DNA of 40,000 nt from an uncultured Gemmataceae bacterium (GCA_963750165.1 CAVVPN010000012.1:1277436-1317435); one strand, 5' to 3'; shown: positions 27,445-35,269, numbered from the stretch's first letter. Translations and numbers: made by a program. The notes: generated by a model not told the origin, from the letters alone.

Positions 27445-28887
27445 GTGCAAGCGCCTGAGAAAATGGCCCGGAAGCCCGCCACCAGTTCCCGAATGTGGGC
27501 GATGGTCTGCCGCACCAGATCCTTGCCTCGGTTTAGGTCCAGGATCAACCGGCTCCACAGACTGTCCGCGGACTTCAGCCCGTAGGCACGCTTGACAATC
27601 ACGCGCGCCTTGTTGTTGATCCCCTCCACTGGCCCACTCGTCTGCCGGCCCTCGAAGTAGTTCAGGATCTCGTCTTGCCAGGTCTCGAAGGTCACGATGA
27701 ACTTCTCCATCGCCGGGAACTCCTCCAGGATGTCCAGCCACACCCCGGTCAGCCACCGTAGCGCCTGCCGCCGGTCCGTGGCCGTGTCGAAGATCTTCTG
27801 GAAGCGCACGCGGATCTCGTACAGCCGCCGCAGCCGGGGCAACTGCTCAAACAAGGCCTCCAGCTTCGCTTGCTCTGCCTTGGTCAGGTCCTTGGGGTTG
27901 CGGCGGAACTCCCACATCAACGAGCGAAATTCCTTCCGTTGCGCCTTCGTGAGCTTCTGCTTGTGGCCCCGCGTGATTTTTTTTCCGCGCCTGGTCCACG
28001 ACCTCGTTGAACTTCTTGGCGACGTGGAAGCGGTCGATGACCGCCTGGGCGTTGGGCAGCAAGCCCCGACAAGCGGCGTGGAACGCCGGCCCCATGTCGG
28101 CCCGGTAGGTATGCACCTGCAGGCGCTGCGCCGCGGACAACTTCTCCAGGCACTGCTGCGCCGCCGCCGCGTCACGGCCTGCGGTCACCGCCAGCACTTC
28201 GGGCCGGTCGGGGTTGGTCAGGTCGGTCAGGATCGTCACGTAGAGCTTGTGCCGCTTCTTCAGGCTCAACTCGTCAATGCCCACGTCCTGGATCACGCGC
28301 TGGGGGTCGATCGTCTTGGCCTGGGTGTCGGCCAACTGGTTGCGGACGATCAGGCCGACCGTCTCCGCCGAGATGCCCAGGCGGCGGGCCACCTCCTCCT
28401 CGTTACTGCCGATCAGCGCCCGCAAGACGTGCTGCTCGAAGCGGTAGGTGTAGCTCGTGTCCCGGCGCTTGAAGGGCGGGATCAGGTGTTGTCGGTGATG
28501 GCAGTGGGGGCAGCGGTGGAAAACCGGTTGGTAGATCCAGAAGCTCGGTTGGCCCCAGAGTTCCAGGTCGCGGACGACTTGCACCGTCTCCTTGAACTCC
28601 AGGTGCGCGTCCTCCTCGCGGCGGCAGCGGTCGCAGCGACAGCGGTTGGGCAAGGGCCAGGAGACTTCAAAGCCGTGGCCGTCGCCGTGGCGCTCGTAAG
28701 CCACGATGGTGACGCCTTCCGGGAGATCCACGTCGATAGTGATGGTGGCCATGACCGTCCCTGACGAGCAAGCATCGAGAACCCCAGGGCCGGCCGACGC
28801 ACGGCACCTATCCAGAAATGTAAGCCCCGCACGCCGCCCAGAAAAAGCTCAAAAATCCAGGCACTCGCACTTTACCCCGGAAGAACC
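27428..28887 (-). mobile_element. ISL3-family insertion sequence (1,460 bp) with about 30-bp imperfect terminal inverted repeats
   Basis: The first IR is 27428-27457 (ggttcttccgtttttaggtgcaagcgcctg). The reverse complement of 28858-28887 is ggttcttccggggtaaagtgcgagtgcctg. The first 10 nt are identical and 23/30 match overall. Both flanks are T-runs (cttttttg and attttttt) but are not an exact 8-bp duplication. Confidence 0.8.
27441..28752 (-). pseudogene. ISL3-family transposase, reading frame broken at an A8 run
   Basis: The N-terminal ORF is 27847..28752 (MATITIDVDLPEGV...zinc-ribbon CRCDRC...HRCPHCHH...DRFHVAKKFNEVVDQARKK). The C-terminal ORF is 27441..28175 (...KKITRGHKQKLTKAQRKEF...SGPVEGINNKARVIVKRAYGLKS). 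Removing one A from the A8 run (T8 on the plus strand, 27977-27984) restores a single ORF. Confidence 0.8.
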
Positions 28888-29203
28888 ATTTTTTTTCGAC
28901 CCGCTTGCGCCCGCCGCCCTGGCGGCGGATACGTGAACCGAGTTGCGGGTCAGGCTGGGCCAAGTCCCGTTGGCCACGCCGGATGGTATCGCGACTCAGG
29001 CCCGTGACCTGAGCCAGGCGGGCAATCCCGCCACGACCGTAGCGTTGTGCCAAGAGACCGACGACTAACCGTCGGGTGCGCTCGTCCAAGGTAACCACCA
29101 AGTGATTGATGGCACAATGTTGCGCCGCGAACGCGCTGGTCGGGTGCTGCTGGCAGTCCGGGCAAGGGCAACAGCGGGCAGTTGGATGTTCGGAGTTTTT
29201 CAT
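28888..29203 (-). pseudogene. N-terminal fragment of an ISAzo13-like transposase, truncated by the ISL3 element
   Basis: Translation is MKNSEHPTARCCPCPDCQQHP...LDERTRRLVVGLLAQRYGRGGIARLAQVTGLSRDTIRRGQRDL...RIRRQGGGRKRVEKK. That gives an HTH followed by a GGGRK motif, then the frame runs straight into the ISL3 IR. The family call is from memory of ISAzo13 N-termini. No continuation is found on the other side of the ISL3. Confidence 0.5.
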
Positions 29204-29306
29204 GGAATGCCTCCGCCAAGGCCGAGAGGCTGCCCCAAGTCATTCTATGAAAACGACGAAGTTGTTACCGGGCGCCGCCTTAGTGTAAATAGATCGGGAG
29301 GGTTGA

Positions 29307-29615
29307 ATGACAACTGGAGCCAGATCGCGCAAGCTACTCAAGCCCGAAGAAGTACTGGCGCTCAATCCGCGCGTCGCCATCACGTTCACGCCGGGCTATC
29401 GGCCCATCCTGACCCGCACGGTGCGCTGGTTCGAGGAACCGGGCCTCTTCCGGCGCTCGTTCCTTGGCAGATTCACGGCGTCATGTAAGGCGCTGTTCAG
29501 GGCGTTTGTGTTCATGGTTCTGGGACTGCTCGCTGCCTACGTGGCCTCGGCGGTCGCATTGGAGCGGGAGCGATACCATCCGCCGGAACACCCGGCATTT
29601 CAGCAGTGGAGGTGA
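29307..29615 (+). pseudogene. C-terminal remnant of a TraG/VirD4-type type IV coupling protein
   Basis: SRKLLKPEEVLALNPRVAITFTPGYRPILTRTVRWFEEPGLFRR matches the conserved C-terminal block of T4CPs (LLtPdEv..l......v...g..Pi..rk.ryyedp.f). The roughly 500 N-terminal residues are absent and the upstream DNA is IS-derived. Confidence 0.5.
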
Positions 29616-29618
29616 GTG

Positions 29619-29900
29619 ATGCAGGACAGGAGTTGGGTGGAGAGAGTGAAGGACCACTTGACCGAGCGTGTCATCCCCGAGGTCGGGGCTGAAATGAAAC
29701 GGCTCGGCGTGCAAGGCCAGATGGAACTGGCGAATGCGATGTGGAACGGCAGCGCCTTCGTCCCCTACGGACCAGGACAATACACCCCATCCGGGAACGA
29801 GCAAGGCGTCCACGGCCCGCAGGAGAACCCGCAGCAACAGACTCAGGGCGATCCTGAGTTGCCCCAGCAACAGCAAGAGCGGGGAGGGAGGTCACTCTGA
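29619..29900 (+). CDS. hypothetical protein (Gln/Pro-rich C-terminus)
   Basis: ATG 29619 (or GTG 29616) lies 7 nt after GGAGG and abuts the preceding stop. Its stop overlaps the next start (TGATG at 29898-29902). Confidence 0.45.
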   Translation: MQDRSWVERVKDHLTERVIPEVGAEMKRLGVQGQMELANAMWNGSAFVPYGPGQYTPSGNEQGVHGPQENPQQQTQGDPELPQQQQERGGRSL

Positions 29901-30019
29901 TGTTGGAGGGTTTCGTTTTTATCGTGTGCTGCGCCGCCCTCGGAGTCCTGATCGGGACGACCAGCTGGGGCCAGCAGGCAATCGCCTGGTTGCGCAACCG
30001 GAAAGGGGAACAGCCGTGA
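29900..30019 (+). CDS. 39-aa single-pass membrane peptide
   Basis: Translation MLEGFVFIVCCAALGVLIGTTSWGQQAIAWLRNRKGEQP. Start and stop are both overlap-coupled (ATGA-type) to the neighbouring genes. It is below the ORF-track size cutoff. Confidence 0.4.
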   Translation: MLEGFVFIVCCAALGVLIGTTSWGQQAIAWLRNRKGEQP

Positions 30020-30171
30020 TGTTCGCATTCACCGACGGATGCTCGTGGTTCGGACCCGCCCTGTTGGTGTTCGCCATCTGGTGGTCGCTCAACTGGCGGA
30101 AATTTTTGAACAAGGACAACGGCGGGAAGGCGGCGCGGACGGCCGTCCGCTGGTGGCTGGGCAGGAAGTAG
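30019..30171 (+). CDS. 50-aa single-pass membrane peptide
   Basis: Translation MFAFTDGCSWFGPALLVFAIWWSLNWRKFLNKDNGGKAARTAVRWWLGRK. The ATG overlaps the previous TGA (30017-30021). Confidence 0.45.
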   Translation: MFAFTDGCSWFGPALLVFAIWWSLNWRKFLNKDNGGKAARTAVRWWLGRK

Positions 30172-30181
30172 AAGACCAGGC

Positions 30182-30208
30182 GGGGAGGGGCGGGCAACGC
30201 CCCTCCCC
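30182..30208 (+). terminator. GC-rich hairpin after the coupled four-gene block
   Basis: ggggagggg-cgggcaacg-cccctcccc. The stem extends to 11 bp and the loop is ggcaa. It is followed by tt, which is a weak U-tract. Confidence 0.35.
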
Positions 30209-30228
30209 TTCACTCAGGAGACGAAACG

Positions 30229-30855
30229 ATGGCATGGCTTTCAGAATTCTTCGCGGGGCTGTTCGGGTTGGAGGCTCCTGGCGGCACGCAAGACGATTCC
30301 GAGGAGGACGAACTCCCGGAACTACCGGAGGAACTCGCCGACGCAATCTGGGACATCCCTCAGCGCTACGGCCAGACCTACCAAGCGGCGGACAGCCTGG
30401 ATAAGGCCCTGCGGCTGATGGACCCCGAGCTTATCATGGATACCGCCATTGAAAACACGAAAGCGGTGTGCCTCTTGCTCATTGACGAATGGGACATCCC
30501 CGCCAGCAAGCTGATGAACTACTTGAAGCCCCTCGCCGAGGCGGTCGAGGAATACGCCCCGCTGTACGGGCAGTTCTGCGCGGAGTACGCGGGCATGTGG
30601 GAAGAGCTGCCTGCGAAGGCCCGGCGGTGGGGGGCAGCGGGTGCACAGTTGGGGCGAGCATTCGGCATGTGGGGCGAGGTCGCCGGGGCGCTTGGGGCGG
30701 CGTGGCTCGCTGGCGGCAACAGCGGGGAGCAAATGGAAGCGGCGTTCCGGCAACTGGAGTCCGCCTTCATCGACGTCGGCTGCCAGTGGGACGAATGCTC
30801 GGAGCAAATCCACGAACGCTGCGCGCGCTTGCTCGCCCGAAACGCTTCGAGGTGA
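30229..30855 (+). CDS. hypothetical protein (acidic N-terminus, Gly/Ala-rich amphipathic segment)
   Basis: AGGAG lies before ATG 30229. It is a 208-aa ORF of coherent composition. No family was recognised. Confidence 0.6.
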   Translation: MAWLSEFFAGLFGLEAPGGTQDDSEEDELPELPEELADAIWDIPQRYGQTYQAADSLDKALRLMDPELIMDTAIENTKAVCLLLIDEWDIPASKLMNYLKPLAEAVEEYAPLYGQFCAEYAGMWEELPAKARRWGAAGAQLGRAFGMWGEVAGALGAAWLAGGNSGEQMEAAFRQLESAFIDVGCQWDECSEQIHERCARLLARNASR

Positions 30856-30858
30856 CCC

Positions 30859-31053
30859 GTGAACGAACACCTGATCCATGACACGTCATGGTCGGCGGCG
30901 TACAGCATGGTCGAGGTGGTGGCCCCGTGCCTGCGGGAGGAGGAGCAGGCCGAGGCCTTCCACGCATTCTACCGGCGCGTGCGAGCGGCCCTGGAAGCCT
31001 ACGCGATCATGAGCGAGCGGGGATGGCGGTGCGCGAACCCGTCGAGGAACTGA
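30859..31053 (+). CDS. hypothetical protein
   Basis: GTG start lies 3 nt after the previous stop. It is a 64-aa ORF in a tightly packed same-strand array. Confidence 0.45.
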   Translation: MNEHLIHDTSWSAAYSMVEVVAPCLREEEQAEAFHAFYRRVRAALEAYAIMSERGWRCANPSRN

Positions 31054-31056
31054 GTC

Positions 31057-31464
31057 ATGAAACACCGGGACTGGATCGGCAAAGCCGCCCCGGCCCTCAC
31101 GCCGGAGCAGCGGGCCGCTGTCGTTCGCGAGGCTTTCGAGGCCATCGTGGCTGTCGGGTTCATGAAGTGGAAGGCCGAGGAACTGATGGGCTACGGCTAC
31201 GAAGCCGGCGAGCAGGACCGCGAGCATTACGCTCGCCTGTACGAAAAGGACCATTTCCGCGCATTCGCTGCAAGGGCCGCGGGGGCGACCGACGCACGGC
31301 TGCTGGAGACGCGGGCCTACTGGATCGGCAAGGCGAAGACGATGGACCTTGGCGCCTGGCTGGAGGTTCAGAGCAAGGGGCGGGGCGGAGACCCGTTTTA
31401 CGAAACGGTGGCGCGCGAGGTGGAAGCCCGGCAGCTCATCCGGGCCGGCGGCCGGGAACACTGA
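31057..31464 (+). CDS. hypothetical protein
   Basis: ATG lies 3 nt after the previous stop. It is 135 aa of coherent composition. Confidence 0.55.
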   Translation: MKHRDWIGKAAPALTPEQRAAVVREAFEAIVAVGFMKWKAEELMGYGYEAGEQDREHYARLYEKDHFRAFAARAAGATDARLLETRAYWIGKAKTMDLGAWLEVQSKGRGGDPFYETVAREVEARQLIRAGGREH

Positions 31465-31473
31465 GGTGCGCCT

Positions 31474-31623
31474 ATGACTGTGAAAGATGCGGCCGCCCGC
31501 CTCGGCGTGTCGGCCTACACGGTCTACGGGCTGCGTACGCCCACGCAGTTGCGCCATTCGCGCGTGGACCTGGGGCGGGGCAAAATCGCCAGCAGTGAGG
31601 AGATGATCGCCGAGTACCTGTAA
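31474..31623 (+). CDS. excisionase-family HTH DNA-binding protein (50 aa)
   Basis: MTVKDAAARLGVSAYTVYGL...LRHSRVDLGRGKIASSEEMIAEYL fits the TIGR01764-type pattern. It is below the ORF-track cutoff. Confidence 0.6.
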   Translation: MTVKDAAARLGVSAYTVYGLRTPTQLRHSRVDLGRGKIASSEEMIAEYL

Positions 31624-31644
31624 CGGAAGAGATCGAGGTGGGGC

Positions 31645-31881
31645 ATGTTATCCGTCAAGCAGGCGGCCGAGCGGGCAGGGGTGTCGGTCAGCCTGATCTA
31701 TGCGTGGTGTGCAGCTGGGGCACTGAAGCATTCCCGCTTCGGTCGTCCCGGAAGACGCGGCACTATTCGGGTCGAGGAAAACGATCTGGAAGCGTTCCTG
31801 AAGGATTGTCAGCTGGAGGTACGGCTTCCTGCCGCACCTCCGCAGCCACTACGGCACATCACACTCCCGCAGCCTTCTTAG
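31645..31881 (+). CDS. excisionase-family HTH DNA-binding protein (paralogue of the preceding gene)
   Basis: Translation MLSVKQAAERAGVSVSLIYAWCAAGALKHSRFGRPGRRGTIRVEENDLEAFL. The 3' end overlaps the convergent integrase by 23 nt. Confidence 0.7.
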   Translation: MLSVKQAAERAGVSVSLIYAWCAAGALKHSRFGRPGRRGTIRVEENDLEAFLKDCQLEVRLPAAPPQPLRHITLPQPS

Positions 31882-32926
31882 CGGCCTCGCGCATGTGGTC
31901 CACCCTGCCGGCGAGGTGCGCGTAATGCTGGCTCACCATGCTGGTGTCCACGTGTCCCATCAACTCGGCGACCTGGGCGATACCCACGCCGTTGACAAGG
32001 GCCTGCGTCGCGAACGAGTGCCGCATGGTGTAGCTGATGACGCCTGCCATGTGCGGCAGTTTGGCCCGCAGGTTCCGGAAGCGGCAGCGGACGCTGTTGC
32101 GGGTGTAGCCGCGCTTGCTGCGCGGGCCGCGGAACAGCGGGCCTTCCGGATATTTCGCCATCAGGTTGCGGGACAATTCGACCATCGCCGGCGTCAGGTA
32201 GATGACGCGTGGCCGGCCGGTTCGTTTGGCGGTCTTGTGTTCTTTGAAGATCCACACGCCCAGTTCCAGGTTGACGTGGGCCGCGGTGAGCTTGCGGACC
32301 TCTCCGGGCCGGGCGCCGGTTTCGACCATCGCGAGGACGAAGTCACGGAACGATTGGTCCTTGATCGTGCCCAGGATCTCCTCCCGCTCCGCAGGCGACA
32401 GAATGCGGTCGCGGTGCCGCTGTGGGGGTTTCGCGACTTTCTTCACCGGGTTGAAGGAAAGCAGGCCCTCGGCCTCGGCCCAGTTGAACACGCGCTTGAC
32501 GGCGATGATGGCATTGCGGCGGCAGCCGTTCCATCCGGGGTGGGCGTCGAGCCAGCGGGTGACGTGCAGCGGCTTGAGATCGGCGGCGAGCAGTGTGCCG
32601 AACATCTCGCAGAAGTCCTGAAGGAATTCCCGGTAGCCGCGGTAGGTGTCCGGGGTGCGGTGCTTCTCGGAGTAGTCGAGGAACAGCTCGCACACCGTTG
32701 CAACGGGGAGCTTTTCCGCCTCGGGGAGCTTGCCAGCGCCCGAGGCCATGACGCGGAAGTAGGCAATCTCGATTTCTTCCGGCGGCTTGGGTGGCGGATC
32801 ACCCCGTTTCCGTTTCCGGGGCGGAGGAAGGTGGGCCGGGTGATGCCCGAGGAACTCTTGCCGGCCGCCGACCTCGACGAACCAGGCATTCTTGGAAGCA
32901 CGATACCAGGGATGATGCGGACGCAT
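31859..32926 (-). CDS. tyrosine-type site-specific recombinase/integrase
   Basis: GGGAGG lies before ATG 32926. It has an N-terminal SAM-like core-binding region. The catalytic region has ARPGEV...HKTAKRTGRPR...MRHSFATQALVNGV...LMGHVDTSMVSQHYAHL (R, K, H-x-x-R, H, Y). Confidence 0.9.
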   Translation of the reverse strand: MRPHHPWYRASKNAWFVEVGGRQEFLGHHPAHLPPPRKRKRGDPPPKPPEEIEIAYFRVMASGAGKLPEAEKLPVATVCELFLDYSEKHRTPDTYRGYREFLQDFCEMFGTLLAADLKPLHVTRWLDAHPGWNGCRRNAIIAVKRVFNWAEAEGLLSFNPVKKVAKPPQRHRDRILSPAEREEILGTIKDQSFRDFVLAMVETGARPGEVRKLTAAHVNLELGVWIFKEHKTAKRTGRPRVIYLTPAMVELSRNLMAKYPEGPLFRGPRSKRGYTRNSVRCRFRNLRAKLPHMAGVISYTMRHSFATQALVNGVGIAQVAELMGHVDTSMVSQHYAHLAGRVDHMREAAKKAAGV

Positions 32927-33059
32927 GAGCCAAAGCCTCCCATGACTGAAGCCACGGGTAAGCCGGAAGGCTTGCTCAAGCCTGCCCTGCCTGTCACAAC
33001 CAGGTGGGGCAGGTGCGTTTCCTGCCTAGTTTCCTGCCCTCATCGTAGGGGGCAAAGTC

Positions 33060-33094
33060 AAGGGCCGCCGCAACTTCTTATTGCGACGGCCCTT
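33060..33094 (-). terminator. 14-bp hairpin immediately downstream of the tRNA fragment
   Basis: aagggccgccgcaa-cttctta-ttgcgacggccctt has one mismatch. On the minus strand it follows the tRNA 3' end by 6 nt and is followed by gactttg. Confidence 0.35.
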
Positions 33095-33100
33095 GCGATG

Positions 33101-33147
33101 TCGGGCCGAGAGGATTCGAACCTCCGACCTCCTGAACCCCATTCAGG
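33101..33147 (-). tRNA. partial tRNA-Pro(GGG): anticodon arm to 3' acceptor strand only (att-site remnant or degraded tRNA)
   Basis: The minus strand reads cctga-atGGGgt-tcagg (anticodon arm, U33, G37). Then come aggtc (variable loop), ggagg-ttcgaat-cctct (T arm) and cggcccg-a (acceptor strand plus discriminator). Upstream, cgggttg (33161-33167) could pair with the acceptor strand. However, only 13 nt sit where about 19 nt of D-arm should be, so no D arm can form. Confidence 0.6.
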
Positions 33148-33436
33148 AAGCATCGCAACCCAACCCGTTAAGTGACAAGGTAGATACGCCGATCTCGTCT
33201 CTCGCTTGCACCACTGCTTGCACCGGCAAGGCGGAAACCGCTCAACCTGTCACCGTGGAAGCGCTGGCCGCGGCGCTGCTGACTCTCTCGGCAGACGACC
33301 GGGCGCGGCTGGTGGCCCTGCTCCTGAGCCAGTCACCGGACAAGCCGAAGGGGTAACGCCCTCTGGTAGAACGGCACCAGGGGCGACACTCGCCCCTGGT
33401 GCGAAGATCGGGCACGAATGAAAGCGAGTTACCGCA

Positions 33437-34145
33437 ATGATCGCCGCAAAGAAACCTAGCGCGAACGGCTTCCATGAGCGCAACGGTCATGTGCCGCAGG
33501 CCAAACCCGCCGCACCGTTAAACACCGTTTCAGACGGTGCGACAGCGGCACCGCCCCTAGCGGTCCCAGCCCCCGAAGGCCGCACCGCGAAGGGCACATT
33601 CGCCCCCGGCAACAAACTTGCTCGGGGCAACCCCCACGCCCGCCGCATGGCCGCCCTGCGCCTCCGCCCTGCTGGACGGGCTGACGCCCGAGCGGATGCA
33701 GGCGCTGGGGGCGAAGCTCTACGACCTGGCCCTGGCCGGCGACCTGGCGGCGGCGAAACTGCTGCTCACCTACGCCATCGGTAAGCCGCCCGACGCCGTG
33801 GACGCCGACCGGCTCGACCTCGACGAATGGCGAATCCTCGACGCCGTGCCCACGCTGGCACAGTTCCTGCGCCTGTCCGCGGACGGCATCGACCCCCAGG
33901 ACGCCGCCGCGCTGATCGGGAAACTCCGCCCCCAGGACGAAGCGAAGGCCGGGGAAAGGGTCCTCGCCGCTGTCACTGGCATGGATGAGGCGGCGGACCT
34001 TGGCGAACCCTGGCAATGGGAGAATTCTTCGCCAGGGAACGGAAGGCACGCATCGGCAAATGAAAACGGGACAGGCCGCCTCAAGCTGGGGTCCGTGAGT
34101 GTGCCCCAGGTGCTAGGCCCCGAACCTGTGGCCGTTCGGGGCTGA
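33437..34145 (+). pseudogene. phage/island-type hypothetical protein with one apparent frame change; track ORFs 33437..33784 and 33618..34145
   Basis: The first frame is MIAAKKPS...GTFAPGNKLARGNPHARRMAALR. The frame changes near 33655-33668. It continues SALLDGLTPERMQALGAKLYDLALAGDLAAAKLLLTYAIGKP... Confidence 0.5.
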
Positions 34146-34161
34146 GAGGAGGTGATAGGGG

Positions 34162-34593
34162 ATGAGCGCTGGCAGCAAGTTGACCCGCAAGCAGGAGGTC
34201 GTGATCGCCGCCCTGCTGACCGAGCCGACGCACGCCGCCGCAGCCGCGAAGGCCGGCGTGGGAGAGGCTACGCTGCAGCGCTGGCTGCTCCTGCCAGAGT
34301 TCCAGGCCGCGTATCGGCTGGCCCTGCGCGGCATCGTCGAGGCCGCCATCGGCCGGCTGCAGCAGACCACCAGCAAGGCCGTCGAGGCGCTGGAGCGGAA
34401 CCTGACGTGCGGCCACCCCGGCAGCGAAATCCGGGCGGCGCTGGGCATCCTCGACCAGTCGCTCAAGGCGGTCGAGTTGATCGACCTGACGACCCGTGTG
34501 GAAGAGATGGAGCGCCTGATCGTGGCGCAGACCGGCCAGCACCTGGACGCCTCCGAGAAAAGCCCCTGGGGAGGCCAGGCCGACGGGGCGTGA
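34162..34593 (+). CDS. HTH DNA-binding protein (phage small-terminase-like/regulatory type)
   Basis: Translation MSAGSKLTRKQEVVIAALLTEPTHAAAAAKAGVGEATLQRWLLLPEFQAAYRLALR... GGAGG lies upstream. The functional subclass is uncertain. Confidence 0.6.
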   Translation: MSAGSKLTRKQEVVIAALLTEPTHAAAAAKAGVGEATLQRWLLLPEFQAAYRLALRGIVEAAIGRLQQTTSKAVEALERNLTCGHPGSEIRAALGILDQSLKAVELIDLTTRVEEMERLIVAQTGQHLDASEKSPWGGQADGA

Positions 34594-34637
34594 GCAGCGG
34601 GACGCCTGACGGGCCGCAAAACGGGGAGGGCCTGGCA

Positions 34638-34928
34638 ATGGGCTACAACGGCATACCTCGGCGACTCAAGGCGGTCGGCAACGCACTCCAGGCGTACCGC
34701 TGGGAGGAGATCACCCGCCTGTGGCCGCCGCAGACGCCGAAGCAGGAGGCGGCGCTCTTCGGGCTCTGCACCGGCGCCACCACCTACCACATGGAGCACG
34801 GCGGCACGTTGGATGAGGTCCTGGATCGCTTCCCGGCAACCCTGTCGGAAGGGCTGATGCAGCTATGGCTGAAGGAGTCGGACGCCGGCGCCGCCAACAC
34901 CGCGGCGGGTGGTGAGCCACGGGCTTGA
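34638..34928 (+). CDS. hypothetical protein
   Basis: ATG 34638 lies 7 nt after GGGGAGGG. Translation is MGYNGIPRRLKAVGNALQAYRWEEITRLWPPQTPKQEAALFGL... The upstream part of track ORF 34152..34928 overlaps the previous gene out of frame. Confidence 0.5.
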   Translation: MGYNGIPRRLKAVGNALQAYRWEEITRLWPPQTPKQEAALFGLCTGATTYHMEHGGTLDEVLDRFPATLSEGLMQLWLKESDAGAANTAAGGEPRA

Positions 34929-35067
34929 GGCTGTTCTGATCGCCGGGCGTGGCCGCGCCGCCGTTCGGCCAGGGATTTTCGTTTCGCAGGGGCCTGCCGC
35001 CGGGTAGAATGGCGGTCGAGTCGATGAATCGCCCTGACGCGCCCAGGCCGCCGGGTTTTCAAGCGGC

Positions 35068-35123
35068 GAATTCCGGAACAGATTTCAAGGGTTTTCGCCG
35101 CCATTATTTCGGCGAGGAGGACA
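35068..35123 (+). repeat. solo IS terminal repeat, copy A (same subtype as the IS481-like left end, opposite orientation)
   Basis: gaattccggaac-ag-atttc-aagggttttcgcc-gccattatttcggcgaggaggaca. The last 24 nt are identical to the reverse complement of copy D. Confidence 0.7.
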
Positions 35124-35269
35124 GATTCCAGACCCGCAAGGCGCCCCAGGTGCTCTGCGTTGGGACGTGCCGGGTTACTTTCGGGGGAGTGACGGGACAT
35201 GGCAACTTGTGGTAAACGTCAACACTAACACAGTCTTACACTTTAACTTCGTCTCAAATTAGGTGGCCA

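Larger units (their letters stand above)
29290..33147. mobile_element. decayed integrative (ICE/IME-like) module bounded on the right by a tRNA-Pro 3' fragment; left boundary destroyed by IS activity
   Basis: Contents are a coupling-protein remnant, translationally coupled small ORFs, two excisionase-family HTH genes, a tyrosine integrase and a partial tRNA immediately upstream of the integrase start. Confidence 0.5.

Noticed and set aside
27977-27984. A8 run in the ISL3 transposase as a programmed -1 ribosomal frameshift site
   Set aside because: The downstream frame is +1/-2 relative to the upstream frame, and ISL3 transposases are normally single ORFs. A 1-nt insertion (real or sequencing) or transcriptional slippage fits better.
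33148-33175. Calling a complete tRNA-Pro using cgggttg (33161-33167) as the 5' acceptor strand
   Set aside because: Only 13 nt separate it from the anticodon stem, where about 19 are needed. No D stem or conserved GG loop can be formed. I keep it as a partial or degraded tRNA.
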